This document shows, one piece after another, positions 9,912 through 18,949 of a stretch of 64,000 bases of DNA. Numbering within the stretch: the first letter of the stretch is position 1; each line of letters starts with the position of its first letter. The notes under the pieces are model-generated. The model saw nothing but the letters and a program-made list of their open reading frames with translations, was not told the origin of the DNA and ran no database searches. A program made the position numbers and the translations under genes. The stretch is from an uncultured delta proteobacterium (lineage in GTDB: Bacteria; Desulfobacterota; Binatia; HRBIN30; BPIQ01), in assembly GCA_963761335.1 (NCBI GenBank), contig CAVXGR010000005.1, positions 229,684-293,683 of the forward strand, read 5' to 3'.

Positions 9912-10397
9912 TCACTGAGACACCGGTTGACCGGCTTGCAGATGCCGCAGCGTTTCGATCGCTTCGTCGATATGGACGTCGATGCCGAGCTCGCTCTGGA
10001 TGACGTGCTGGATGACGCCGTTCTTGTCGATGACGAAGGTGACGCGCTTGGTGGGCAGCCAGCCGCCGAGGCGCTGGACGCCGTAGGCGGTGGCGATGCG
10101 GCCGTCGCGATCGCTCACCAGCGGGTAGGGCAGCTGGTACTTCTCGGCGAAGGCCCCGTGTTTCTCCGCGGTATCGAGGCTCACGCCGATGATCTCGCCG
10201 TCGAGCGCGGCGATCTCGGCGCGGCGGTCGCGGAAGCTGCACGCCTCCTTGGTGCAGCCGGGGGTGAAGTCCTTCGGAAAGAAGTAGAGGATCACGTGGC
10301 GCCGGCCGCGGTAATCGCTCAGCTTGAGCTGGCGGCCGCCGGCGAGAGTTCCCGTGAAGTCGGGTGCGGCATCAGTCTTTGAGAGCATCTCTGGCAT
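9912..10397 (-). CDS. bcp: thiol peroxidase / peroxiredoxin Bcp (AhpC/TSA family)
   Basis: FFPKDFTPGCTKEAC peroxidatic-Cys motif. 161 aa. Confidence 0.85.
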   Translation of the reverse strand: MPEMLSKTDAAPDFTGTLAGGRQLKLSDYRGRRHVILYFFPKDFTPGCTKEACSFRDRRAEIAALDGEIIGVSLDTAEKHGAFAEKYQLPYPLVSDRDGRIATAYGVQRLGGWLPTKRVTFVIDKNGVIQHVIQSELGIDVHIDEAIETLRHLQAGQPVSQ

Positions 10398-11139
10398 CCA
10401 GCAGGCTCGAGAGTGAGGTCTTCAGATATCCCGAAGGGGGTGCGAACTCCGAATCTTCGATGTCGGCGCGCGACACGCGCACCACTTCCTGGCCGATGAC
10501 CGACTGGCCGAGATAGGCCTGCATGCGCATCGGAAAGCCGCGATCGTAGAGCTTGCGGTACTCCGGGTCGGCGCGCATGGCGGCGTACATGGCCCCGGTC
10601 TTTCCGGGAAGGGTGTTGGCCACCCTTGCCAGGTACTCGTTCAGGGCGCGCATGTCGAGGTCTGTCCCCAGGTTCAACCCCGGCGCAATCCAGATCTGCT
10701 GCAGGACGTCATCCCCGGAGAGGACCTCGTACTTGGTCGTCTTGTAGCTGCCGATGGTGTCGGTGATCTCCGTCGGCTTCACCTTGATCGGTTCGGTGGG
10801 CATGGTCGAGTGCGGCCGGTCCGGGAGCCTGCGCTTGTTCGGCTCGATGGCGGCGAGGTCGCGGAGATACTGGCCCGCGGTGCCGCTCCAGAAGAGGCTG
10901 CGCGCCGGAACCAGCAGCGTGTAGCGATCGTTCTTGTAATCGATGATGGCCACCGTCTTGCCGCTGGTCTGCCGCACCCGGTCCTTGGAAATGCGCAGGG
11001 TGGCGGTCGTCTCGTAGATCGTGTCCCCGTTCGGCCGCCGGTTGTAGCTCTTCTGCTCGATCTCCCAGCCGGCGCGGGCGGAAGCGGAGACCAGGAGAAA
11101 CGAGGAAAGGAGCAGGGCGATCGTGGCTGTGCGCGTCAT
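10372..11139 (-). CDS. secreted hypothetical protein
   Basis: Signal peptide MTRTATIALLLSSFLLVSASARA. Coding-like GC3. Overlaps bcp by 26 nt, so an operon is likely. Confidence 0.45.
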   Translation of the reverse strand: MTRTATIALLLSSFLLVSASARAGWEIEQKSYNRRPNGDTIYETTATLRISKDRVRQTSGKTVAIIDYKNDRYTLLVPARSLFWSGTAGQYLRDLAAIEPNKRRLPDRPHSTMPTEPIKVKPTEITDTIGSYKTTKYEVLSGDDVLQQIWIAPGLNLGTDLDMRALNEYLARVANTLPGKTGAMYAAMRADPEYRKLYDRGFPMRMQAYLGQSVIGQEVVRVSRADIEDSEFAPPSGYLKTSLSSLLDARDALKD

Positions 11140-11270
11140 GATCGCCGGAGTGTAAGAAGCTCATGGGGGCAAGTCAATTTATGGGAGCGCGGCCATCCGG
11201 GCCGCATCTCTTCGTTCGCCCCTCCTGCACGCCGCTTGATTCCCCCCGACCCGGGCGATAGCCAGGATCC

Positions 11271-12335
11271 ATGCAGGTCGGCGCAGCCGTCATCTTTCAG
11301 AACCTCGGACGCCCGCGGAGCGATCGCAGCGTCTATGCGGACGAGCTTCGCCTCGCGGATCTGATCGAGCCGCTCGGTTTCGACTCGCTTTGGAGCGTCG
11401 AGCACCATTTCACCGACTACACCATGGTGCCGGACGTCACCCAGCTTCTCGCCTACATGGCGGGGCGCACGCGGCGCGTGTCGCTCGGCACCATGGTGGT
11501 GGTCCTGCCGTGGCACGACCCAGTGCGTGTCGCCGAGGAGATCTCGATGCTCGACATCCTCGCCGACGGGCGCCTCATCCTCGGCATCGGCCGCGGCGCC
11601 GGGCGCGTCGAGTTCGAGGGGCTGCGCGTGCCTCAGTCCGAGTCGCGCGGCCGTTTCGTCGAGGCGGCGGAGCTGCTGCTCGGCGCCCTCGAGGAGGGGC
11701 GGACCGAGTTCTCCGGCACCCACTACCGCGTGCCGCCGCGCGACATCCGCCCGGCACCCTTCAAGTCCTTCCGCGGCCGCACCTACGGCGCCATGGTCAG
11801 CCCGGAGACGGCGGAGATCCTGGCGCGTCTCGGGGTAGGCATGCTGATCATCCCGCAGAAGGCGTGGGAGGACATTGCCGCCGATCTCGCCCACTATACC
11901 CGCGCCTGCGCCGAGCACGGGCGCCAGCCGCTGCCGCCGGTGGCGGCCTGCTGGGTGTACTGCGCCGCCAGCGAGCGCCGGGCCGAGGCGGGGGCGCGCC
12001 AATGGATCGGCAACTACTGGAAGTCGGCGCTGGCGCATTACGAGATCGGCGGCCAGCATTTCAAAGGGCTCAAAGGCTACGAGTACTACGGCAAGCTGAC
12101 GGAGATGATGGAGTCGGCCGGTCCCGGCGTGCACGATCTCATCACCGAAGCGTTCGTCGCCACGCAGGTGTGGGGCACGCCAGAGCAATGCCTGGAGAAG
12201 ATCTCCGACATCGCCGCCCGCGTCGCCAACGATCACTTCGTCGGCGTCTTCAGCTACGGCGGTATGCCCTACAACGCGGCGGAGAAGAGCATGCGGCTCT
12301 TCGCGTCCGAGGTTGTCCCGAAGCTGCGCGGGTGA
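11271..12335 (+). CDS. LLM-class (luciferase-like) flavin-dependent oxidoreductase
   Basis: Typical LLM N-terminus (AVIFQNLGRP..LGFDSLWSVEHHFTDY) and the overall TIM-barrel monooxygenase pattern. Confidence 0.8.
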   Translation: MQVGAAVIFQNLGRPRSDRSVYADELRLADLIEPLGFDSLWSVEHHFTDYTMVPDVTQLLAYMAGRTRRVSLGTMVVVLPWHDPVRVAEEISMLDILADGRLILGIGRGAGRVEFEGLRVPQSESRGRFVEAAELLLGALEEGRTEFSGTHYRVPPRDIRPAPFKSFRGRTYGAMVSPETAEILARLGVGMLIIPQKAWEDIAADLAHYTRACAEHGRQPLPPVAACWVYCAASERRAEAGARQWIGNYWKSALAHYEIGGQHFKGLKGYEYYGKLTEMMESAGPGVHDLITEAFVATQVWGTPEQCLEKISDIAARVANDHFVGVFSYGGMPYNAAEKSMRLFASEVVPKLRG

Positions 12336-12830
12336 AGTGGCTCGGTGGCTCGGTTATCGGGTTGTCGGGTTATCGAGTTTTGGTGATGGTAGCCGGTGGG
12401 TTTCAACCCGCGGCTGTGGCGTTTGGGCGCCTGCGCCCCTGACGGGGCGCGTGCAGAAGCCTGCCAATTTCCCCGGGTTTCACCCGGGGCTACACGCCTG
12501 CGCCCCCTTCGGGGGCGGCATCCGAATCGGCCTCGCCTGCGCCCCCTTCGGGGCGGCATCCGAATCGGCCTCGCCTGCGCCCCGGGGGCGGCATCCGAAG
12601 CGGCCGATGGGCGTCCAACCTCGTCGCCGGGGGTTGAACAGTCTGTCTCAAGACCTCGGCAAAACGATTCCGCAAGCCCGCGAACCAAGTAGAAGCGGCG
12701 TCTCGCCGCTTCGGAAAGCGCCGGGACGGCGCTTCTACCTCGGTTTGAGACAGCTTCTGAGACCCCCGGCTACCATCAACAGACCCGCCAACCCGCCAAC
12801 CCGATAACCGAGCCACCGAGCCACCGGCTT
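12336..12830. mobile_element. composite non-autonomous repeat element bounded by 28-bp perfect inverted repeats
   Basis: GTGGCTCGGTGGCTCGGTTATCGGGTT at 12336-12365 is the exact reverse complement of 12797-12826. The interior holds family-B palindromes (CCCCGGGTTTCACCCGGGG, GCGCCCCCTTCGGGGGCG x3) and one full family-A MITE (12643-12752). Confidence 0.6.
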
Positions 12831-14262
12831 ACTTTCCGAACCGCTGCAGCGACATCGGATCGAAGAGATTTTCGCGCAGCGGCACGCGGCGCTGGAAGGG
12901 CGCCTGCGCGTCGGGGCGCATGCCGCCGAGGGTAGCGCGGTCCTCCTTGAAGTTCTCGGCGCAGGCCCAGACCTGGGTGCTGGCGGGCAGCCATTCCTGA
13001 TCCGGCGGTGAGCCAGCGGGATGATTGATCCTCGCCATCGTCTGGTAGGTGTTGATCAGCTCGCCGTTCCAGCTGAACTTCCGGTTCCACGAGCCGTCCC
13101 AGGTCTCGGCGTCGATCCACAGCTCGATGCGGCCGAAGAGGTAGTACTTGTCCTTGGGAGTGGCCTCGATGATCCACATCGGCCGCTTCGCCAGGCCGGC
13201 GTCGATCGGTGCCCAGGGCAGACCGGTCCAGCCCTCCTGGCGGTAGCCGACGGTCGGCGGATTGCGGTCGGTGAGGATGATCCAGCCGCCGCCGGGAATC
13301 GGGTCGATCTTCACCGGGCCGTTCACCGACTCCGGATCGACGACGCGGAGCCCGTCCTTGTGGCCGATCACCTTCCAGGTGAAGTCCTCCGGCTTGCCGT
13401 CGAAGAAGAAGCCGTCGTCGCCGCTGAGGTCGGAGCCGAGATAGCCGTCGGAGCGGTTCGCCGGGCTCACGGCGCGAACGCGGCGGATGGCGGGCACGTA
13501 GGCCCAGACTGAGTCGCGCTTGTCGGGGTCGCGGTAGCGCCAGGTGAGCGAGGCCGTGCCCTCGAGGTCGGCGGGCTTGAGGGCGGCGCCGAGGAAGCGG
13601 CTCTGCAGGTTGAGCGGGTTCGGCTGGCGATACTTGGGGGTCTGGCCGTCGAAGAACTGAAACCAGCCGTCGGCGACGATTTCGCGGTCGACACCGGTGT
13701 GGTTGAGCATGGTGACCAGGGTGCGGTTGTAGGAGTCGCCGCCGTACCAGTACGCCAGGAACTGGTTCCAGGCGATCTTCACCCCGGCCTTGGGGTCGTG
13801 CTCGTCGATCTTCGGGAAGGGAATGCCGTAGTAGAAGTCCGGCTGCTTTCCGGTGGCGCGATCGATGATGGTGCCGCGGTCGTCGACGTCCAGGCGCGTG
13901 GCGTTCTGCTCGGTAGCGTCGAGGAACGACTTCTCCCAGGTACCGGTTCCCAAGGGGTAGTCGATGATCGGGTTGCGGTACTCTCCCTTGGCGTAGTGCG
14001 CCAAGATCTCGGGTGGCAGCAGATCCTTGGCGAGCTGCGCGTTCTCCTTGCCGAGGACGTCGCCCACCTTCAGCCCGGGTGCTACCTCCGCCCCCGCGGC
14101 CGCCGCCTGCGGCGCGGCTTGCGGCTTGGCGGCGGTCGACTGCGGCGTGGGTTTCGCCGCATCGGCGGCGAAGGCGGCGGGCAGCGGCAGCAGCAGCGCC
14201 AGAGCGATTGCGAGACAGCCGGCGTGGTCGCCGGCGTTGCGGATCAAGTATCGGATGCGCAT
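12829..14262 (-). CDS. DUF1329-family periplasmic/outer-membrane-associated protein (lipoprotein-sorting-like)
   Basis: 477 aa with a signal peptide. Size and composition fit the DUF1329 family, which is often linked to uptake of hydrophobic substrates. The assignment is from memory. Confidence 0.55.
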   Translation of the reverse strand: MRIRYLIRNAGDHAGCLAIALALLLPLPAAFAADAAKPTPQSTAAKPQAAPQAAAAGAEVAPGLKVGDVLGKENAQLAKDLLPPEILAHYAKGEYRNPIIDYPLGTGTWEKSFLDATEQNATRLDVDDRGTIIDRATGKQPDFYYGIPFPKIDEHDPKAGVKIAWNQFLAYWYGGDSYNRTLVTMLNHTGVDREIVADGWFQFFDGQTPKYRQPNPLNLQSRFLGAALKPADLEGTASLTWRYRDPDKRDSVWAYVPAIRRVRAVSPANRSDGYLGSDLSGDDGFFFDGKPEDFTWKVIGHKDGLRVVDPESVNGPVKIDPIPGGGWIILTDRNPPTVGYRQEGWTGLPWAPIDAGLAKRPMWIIEATPKDKYYLFGRIELWIDAETWDGSWNRKFSWNGELINTYQTMARINHPAGSPPDQEWLPASTQVWACAENFKEDRATLGGMRPDAQAPFQRRVPLRENLFDPMSLQRFGK

Positions 14263-14454
14263 CGATCCCCCTTTGGATGTGAGACCCTCGGATTCAACTG
14301 GACCCGGCCGCAGATTTCAACTGCGGCGCCACGGGACAGGCTACTTCTGCCCTTCGAGATCAGATGAGCGCGGCGGCAACAGCCGCAAAAGTTGCCTGTC
14401 CCCCACACCTTTCCTGCATTGTCCCCCGATCGCCTCCGTCTAGCATCGACCGTG

Positions 14455-14483
14455 TTGACAAACAAACGTTTGTTCCGTTAAAC
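14455..14483 (+). promoter_or_regulatory. promoter with a TTGACA -35 box immediately followed by the perfect palindrome AACAAACGTTTGTT (putative TetR operator)
   Basis: Palindrome at 14461-14474. TTGACA at 14455-14460. Possible -10 box TTAAAC 17 bp downstream. ATG of the DUF35 gene at 14492. The identical palindrome occurs at 52103-52116. Confidence 0.55.
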
Positions 14484-14491
14484 AACCCCGC

Positions 14492-14968
14492 ATGTCGACG
14501 CGCCCGCATCCGGTGAGCGACTCGGTGGAGCCGATGCACCAGGACATCGTCATGGAGTTTCCGTACACGCGCTCCACCGGCGAGACCGTCGGGCGCTTTC
14601 TCGCCGGTCTGAAGGAGCAGAAGAAGATCTGGGGGCGGCGTGTCGCCGGACAGGGCGTGGTCGTGCCGCCGATCGGCTACTCCGAGATCGACGCCTCTCC
14701 TGCCGGCGAATGGGTCGAGGTGAAGGACAGCGGCGAGGTCACCGCCGTCGCCGTGGTGGAGCAGCCGATCGAGCACCTGCATCCGTTCGCGCAGCGCTTT
14801 GCCTTCGTGCTCGTCCGCCTGGATGGCGCCGACACGGCGATGGCGCACGTGGTGAAGGACGATCTCGACAAGCTGCGGGTGGGAGCGCGCGTGCAGGCGG
14901 TGTGGGCGGCGGACGGGCAGCGCGGCGGCACCATTCGCGACATCGAGTGCTTCCGCGTCGTCGGCTGA
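14492..14968 (+). CDS. DUF35 OB-fold protein (thiolase/aldolase-associated)
   Basis: Size and OB-fold pattern match DUF35 proteins that partner SCP-x / Ltp2-type thiolase-like enzymes. First gene of the operon. Confidence 0.6.
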   Translation: MSTRPHPVSDSVEPMHQDIVMEFPYTRSTGETVGRFLAGLKEQKKIWGRRVAGQGVVVPPIGYSEIDASPAGEWVEVKDSGEVTAVAVVEQPIEHLHPFAQRFAFVLVRLDGADTAMAHVVKDDLDKLRVGARVQAVWAADGQRGGTIRDIECFRVVG

Positions 14969-15015
14969 GAACCGCAAAGGGCGCAGAGAGAGGCGCAAAG
15001 GACGCAAAGAAGAGC

Positions 15016-15516
15016 ATGAACGAGCCGCCCCGGGAGCCGATCACCTACATCAAGACGACGGTGCGGCTGCCGTACCACTACGTCGCCGGCGACTACAAGG
15101 CGCGATATCTGCGCGCCCTGAAGGACAAGGTGATCCTCGGCTCGAAGTGCTCGAAGACCGGCAAGGTCTTCGTGCCGCCGCTGGTGAACTCCCCCGAGAG
15201 CTTCGCGCCGGCGGACGAGTTCGTCGAGGTGCCGGACCGCGGTCTGATCACCACCTTCTGCGTGGTCAACATCCCGGTGATCGGCCGCAACCTCGAGCTG
15301 CCCTACGTCGTCGCCTCGGTCGCCCTCGACGGCGCGGCGCTCTCCATCTTCGCCCTGATCCAGGAGGCGAAGCCGGACGAGGTGCGCATGGGCATGCGCG
15401 TCGAAGCGGTGTGGAAGCCCGATGGCGAGCGCCAGGGCAGCCACGAGGACATCCTCTACTTCCGCCCCACCGGCGAGCCCGACGCACCCCTCGAATCCTT
15501 CATCCACCGCCTGTGA
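15016..15516 (+). CDS. DUF35 OB-fold protein with N-terminal rubredoxin-like zinc ribbon
   Basis: Zn-ribbon-like CSKTGKVFVPP segment followed by an OB-fold. A stop 5 nt upstream separates it from the preceding gene. Confidence 0.65.
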   Translation: MNEPPREPITYIKTTVRLPYHYVAGDYKARYLRALKDKVILGSKCSKTGKVFVPPLVNSPESFAPADEFVEVPDRGLITTFCVVNIPVIGRNLELPYVVASVALDGAALSIFALIQEAKPDEVRMGMRVEAVWKPDGERQGSHEDILYFRPTGEPDAPLESFIHRL

Positions 15517-15521
15517 GATCC

Positions 15522-16640
15522 ATGTCGCTGCGCAACGTCGCCGTCGTCGGCTTCGCCCAGGAACCCATCGTCGCCCGTGACCAGCACCGCACGGCGCAGG
15601 AGATGCTCTACCCGCAGGTGCGGCGGGCGCTCGCCGACTGCGGCGTGGCCCGCGACGACATCGACTACCAGGTGGCGGGCTCCGCCGACTACATCGACGG
15701 GCGGCCGTTCGGCTTCGTCGCCTCGCTCGACTACATGGGCTCCTGGCCGCCGCGGCAGGACCTCCATCTGGAGATGGACGCCGCCTTCGCCGCCTATTAC
15801 GCCTGGCTGCGCCTGCAGACCGGCGAATGCGACACCGCCATGGTGGTGGGCTACGGCAAGACCTCGGAGGGCGAGCCCGACGTGGTGCTGAACCTCCAGC
15901 TCGAGCCCTTCTACCAGGGCGCCATCGGCCTCGACCCGACCTCGACCGCAGCTCTGCAGGCGAGCGCCTACATGGCGCGCAGTGGCGCTACGGATCGCAC
16001 CTTCGCGGAGGTGGCGGCGCGCCGCCGCGCCGCCGGGGCCCGCAACCCCGACGCGCAGGTGCGCGAGCCCGCTTCCGCCGACGACCTGCAGCGCACTCCC
16101 TTTGCGGTGGCGCCGCTGCGCCGTGGATACATCCCTCCCGTCGGCGAGAGTGCCGTCTGTCTCATCCTCGCCGCCGAGGGCAAGGCGGAGCGCATGTGCA
16201 GCAAGCCCGCCTGGATTCACGGAGTCGACCAGCGCGCCGAGCTGCAGACCCTGGGGGCGCGCGACCTGTCGCGCAGCGCCGGCGCCCGGATGGCGACGGA
16301 GAAGGCGCTGGCGATGGCCGGCCTCGAGAGTGCCCGCCAGGTCGATGTGCTCGAGCTGATGGCGACCAACCCCGCCGAGGAGCTGATCCTGCGCGAGGCC
16401 ATGGGCGTTGCGGCGGAGGGAGGCGTGCCGGCGGTGAACCCCTCGGGCGGACCGCTCACCGGGAACCCGCTGATGATGACCGGTTTGATTCGCCTGGGCG
16501 AGGTCTTCCGCCAGCTGAGCGGCGCGGCCGCGGCGCACGCCGTGAGCGGCGCCGAGCGCGGCATCGCCCACGCGGTTGAGGGGCAGTGCCTGCAGCAGAA
16601 CGTCGTCTGGGTTCTCGGGCGAGAGCGGAGGTGGAAATGA
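15522..16640 (+). CDS. thiolase-superfamily protein (SCP-x/Ltp2-like, non-canonical, probable aldolase/lyase)
   Basis: Thiolase fold with an NPSGG motif. At the nucleophile position the sequence reads ..EMDAAFAA.. with no Cys, and the GHP motif is replaced by GNPLMMTG. Confidence 0.75.
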   Translation: MSLRNVAVVGFAQEPIVARDQHRTAQEMLYPQVRRALADCGVARDDIDYQVAGSADYIDGRPFGFVASLDYMGSWPPRQDLHLEMDAAFAAYYAWLRLQTGECDTAMVVGYGKTSEGEPDVVLNLQLEPFYQGAIGLDPTSTAALQASAYMARSGATDRTFAEVAARRRAAGARNPDAQVREPASADDLQRTPFAVAPLRRGYIPPVGESAVCLILAAEGKAERMCSKPAWIHGVDQRAELQTLGARDLSRSAGARMATEKALAMAGLESARQVDVLELMATNPAEELILREAMGVAAEGGVPAVNPSGGPLTGNPLMMTGLIRLGEVFRQLSGAAAAHAVSGAERGIAHAVEGQCLQQNVVWVLGRERRWK

Positions 16641-17788
16641 AGCGGCCGGTCGCCGTCGTCGGCGTCGGGCAGACGCATCACAGCTCGCGCCGGGTGGACG
16701 TCAACACCGCCGAGCTGGTGCGTGAAGCGATCGACCGCGCTCTCCTCGACGCCGGTCTCGAGCATCGCGATATCGACGCCATCATCATCGGCAAGGCTCC
16801 GGACATGCTCGAGGGCATCATGCAGCCCGAGCAGCTCCTCATCGGCGCCGTCGGCGGCCATCTCAAGCCCGTCCTGCGCGTGCACACCGCCGGCTCGGTC
16901 GGCGCCTCGACGGCCCTCGCCGGCGTCACCCACGTCACCTCGGGGCTGTTCGACCGCGTGCTGGTGGTCGCCTTCGAGAAGCAGTCGGAGGGCAACGTCA
17001 TGTGGGCGCTGTCGCCGAACATGCCGTTCACGGCGCCGCTGGTGGCCGGGGCGGGCGGCTTCTTCACGCCCTACATCCGCGCCTACATCCGACTGACGGG
17101 GGCGCCGCCGCACATCGGCCCGATGATCGCCGCCAATGCGCGCGCCAACGCCGGCCGCAACCAGTACGCGCACCTGCGCGAGCCGGTGACGGTCGAGGAC
17201 GTCATGCAGTCGCCGATGCTGTGGGACCCGATCCGCTACCTGGAGACCTGCCCGTCGTCGGACGGCGCCGTCGCCCTCGTGATCTCCAGCGAGGAGCAGG
17301 CGCGCAAGGGGCCGCGCAAGCCGGCCTGGGTGAAGTCGGGCGCCTCCTACGCCGAGGCCATGTGGGTGCCGGGCCGCGATCAGGTGAACCCCACGGCCGG
17401 ACGGGTGTGCTCCAAGGCGGTCTATGACGCCGCCGGCATCACCGACCCCTGGAACCAGATCGACGTCGCCGAGATCTACGTGCCGTTCTCGTGGTTCGAG
17501 GCGATGTGGCTCGAGAACCTCGGCTTCTGCGGCCACGGCGAGGGCTGGAAGATCGTCGACCGCGGCGAGCAGAAGTTCGGTGCGCACCTGCCGATCAATC
17601 CCTCCGGCGGCGTGCTGTGCACCAACCCCATCGGCGCCTCCGGCATGCTGCGCCTCGGCGAGGCGGCGCTGCAGGTGATGGGGCGCGCCGGCGAGCATCA
17701 GGTCGAGGGGGCGAAGGTCGCCCTCGGCCACGCCTATGGCGGCGGTGCGCAGTACTTCGCCATGTGGATCGTCGGCAGCGAGCAGTAG
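16637..17788 (+). CDS. thiolase-superfamily protein (SCP-x/Ltp2-like, non-canonical)
   Basis: ATGA start/stop overlap with the previous gene. NPSGG motif. The nucleophile Cys is absent (HTAGSVGAS) and the GHP motif reads TNPIGASG. Confidence 0.75.
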   Translation: MKRPVAVVGVGQTHHSSRRVDVNTAELVREAIDRALLDAGLEHRDIDAIIIGKAPDMLEGIMQPEQLLIGAVGGHLKPVLRVHTAGSVGASTALAGVTHVTSGLFDRVLVVAFEKQSEGNVMWALSPNMPFTAPLVAGAGGFFTPYIRAYIRLTGAPPHIGPMIAANARANAGRNQYAHLREPVTVEDVMQSPMLWDPIRYLETCPSSDGAVALVISSEEQARKGPRKPAWVKSGASYAEAMWVPGRDQVNPTAGRVCSKAVYDAAGITDPWNQIDVAEIYVPFSWFEAMWLENLGFCGHGEGWKIVDRGEQKFGAHLPINPSGGVLCTNPIGASGMLRLGEAALQVMGRAGEHQVEGAKVALGHAYGGGAQYFAMWIVGSEQ

Positions 17789-17871
17789 CTCAGTAGCCCA
17801 GTGGCTCGGTAGGTCTGAGTAACGGGCAACCAGTCGATCTCGGCGCCGCAATTCCTCTCAAGGAGCATTTC

Positions 17872-18684
17872 ATGTCTGAACCGGCCGTCCTCTATTCGAA
17901 GCAGGATCACGTCGCCACCGTCACCCTCAACCGCCCGCAGGTGCGCAATGCCCTCAATGCGGAGATGCTCTGCCGTCTGGCCGACGCCTGGCAGAACATC
18001 ATCGACGACGTCGAGGTGCGCGCCGCCATTCTCACCGGGGCGGGAGAGGACGCCTTCTGCGCCGGCGCCGATCTCGATCGCCTGGTGAGAATGATGCAGG
18101 GGCTGCGGCCACCGGAGGACGAGTTCGACCACCGCATCAAGAACGACGTCACCATCATCTACAAGGGTCTCCTGCGCAACATCGAGGTGCACAAGCCGAT
18201 GGTCGCCGCGGTGAAGGGCTTCTGCGTCGCCGGGGGCATGGAGATCCTGCAGTGCACCGACATCCGCGTCGCCGCCGACGATGCGCAGTTCGGCCTCGCC
18301 GAGGTGAAGTGGAGCCTCTTTCCGATGGGCGGCTCGACGGTGCGGCTGCCGCGACAGATCTCTTACTGTCAGGCGATGGAGATCCTGCTCACCGGCGAGC
18401 GCATCCCGGCGCAGGAGGCGTGGCGCATCGGCCTGATCAACAAGGTCGTGCCGGCGGGAAAGGTGCTGGAGGAGGCGCAGCGCTACGCGTCGCTGCTCGC
18501 CGAGAACGGACCGCTGGCGGTGCAGGCGGTAAAGCGCTCGGTGCTCGCCGGGCTGGGCGTGCCGACGGCGGCGGCGCTCGACAAGGAGTTCGAGATCGGC
18601 GTGCCGGTGTCGATGTCGGAAGACTCGCGGGAAGGGACGAAGGCCTTCAAGGAAAAGCGCAAGCCGGTCTTCAAAGGGAAGTAG
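17872..18684 (+). CDS. enoyl-CoA hydratase/isomerase (crotonase) family protein
   Basis: Crotonase-fold motifs AGADL and GFCVAGGMEIL. RBS AAGGAG lies 8 nt upstream of the start. Confidence 0.85.
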   Translation: MSEPAVLYSKQDHVATVTLNRPQVRNALNAEMLCRLADAWQNIIDDVEVRAAILTGAGEDAFCAGADLDRLVRMMQGLRPPEDEFDHRIKNDVTIIYKGLLRNIEVHKPMVAAVKGFCVAGGMEILQCTDIRVAADDAQFGLAEVKWSLFPMGGSTVRLPRQISYCQAMEILLTGERIPAQEAWRIGLINKVVPAGKVLEEAQRYASLLAENGPLAVQAVKRSVLAGLGVPTAAALDKEFEIGVPVSMSEDSREGTKAFKEKRKPVFKGK

Positions 18685-18714
18685 AGGCGGCGGCGAGGCT
18701 GGCAGAGAACCCCG

Positions 18715-18880
18715 CTGTTTTCCGTCGAGTTCTCCGTTCTCATTCTCGGTTCTCGTCCCGTCGTTTTCCATTGTTCTGCGAGCCGCGGCGAAACCGGTCA
18801 GCTGCGGGTTTCTCGGGGCTGTCAGAGCGAATGGAAAACGACGAGACGAGAACCGGGAATGAGAACGGGAATGGGGGAGA
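18715..18880. repeat. long imperfect inverted repeat (arms of about 45 bp) with an internal small hairpin, AT-enriched
   Basis: CCGTTCTCATTCTCGGTTCTCGTCCCGTCGTTTTCCATTG pairs with CAATGGAAAACGACGAGACGAGAACCGGGAATGAGAACGG. Lies between the crotonase and SGNH-hydrolase genes. Confidence 0.5.
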
Positions 18881-18949
18881 TCCTGCGGTTCCTTCGCCCA
18901 ACCGACCGGTGTCGCCGCTTTACCCGCCTGCGGTGATCTGCTGATCTGA

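Noticed and set aside
17789-17835. tRNA-like GTAGCTCAGT... segment
   Set aside because: It overlaps the thiolase stop codon. There is no acceptor stem, T-loop or cloverleaf. It is part of the GGCTCGGT-type repeat motif.
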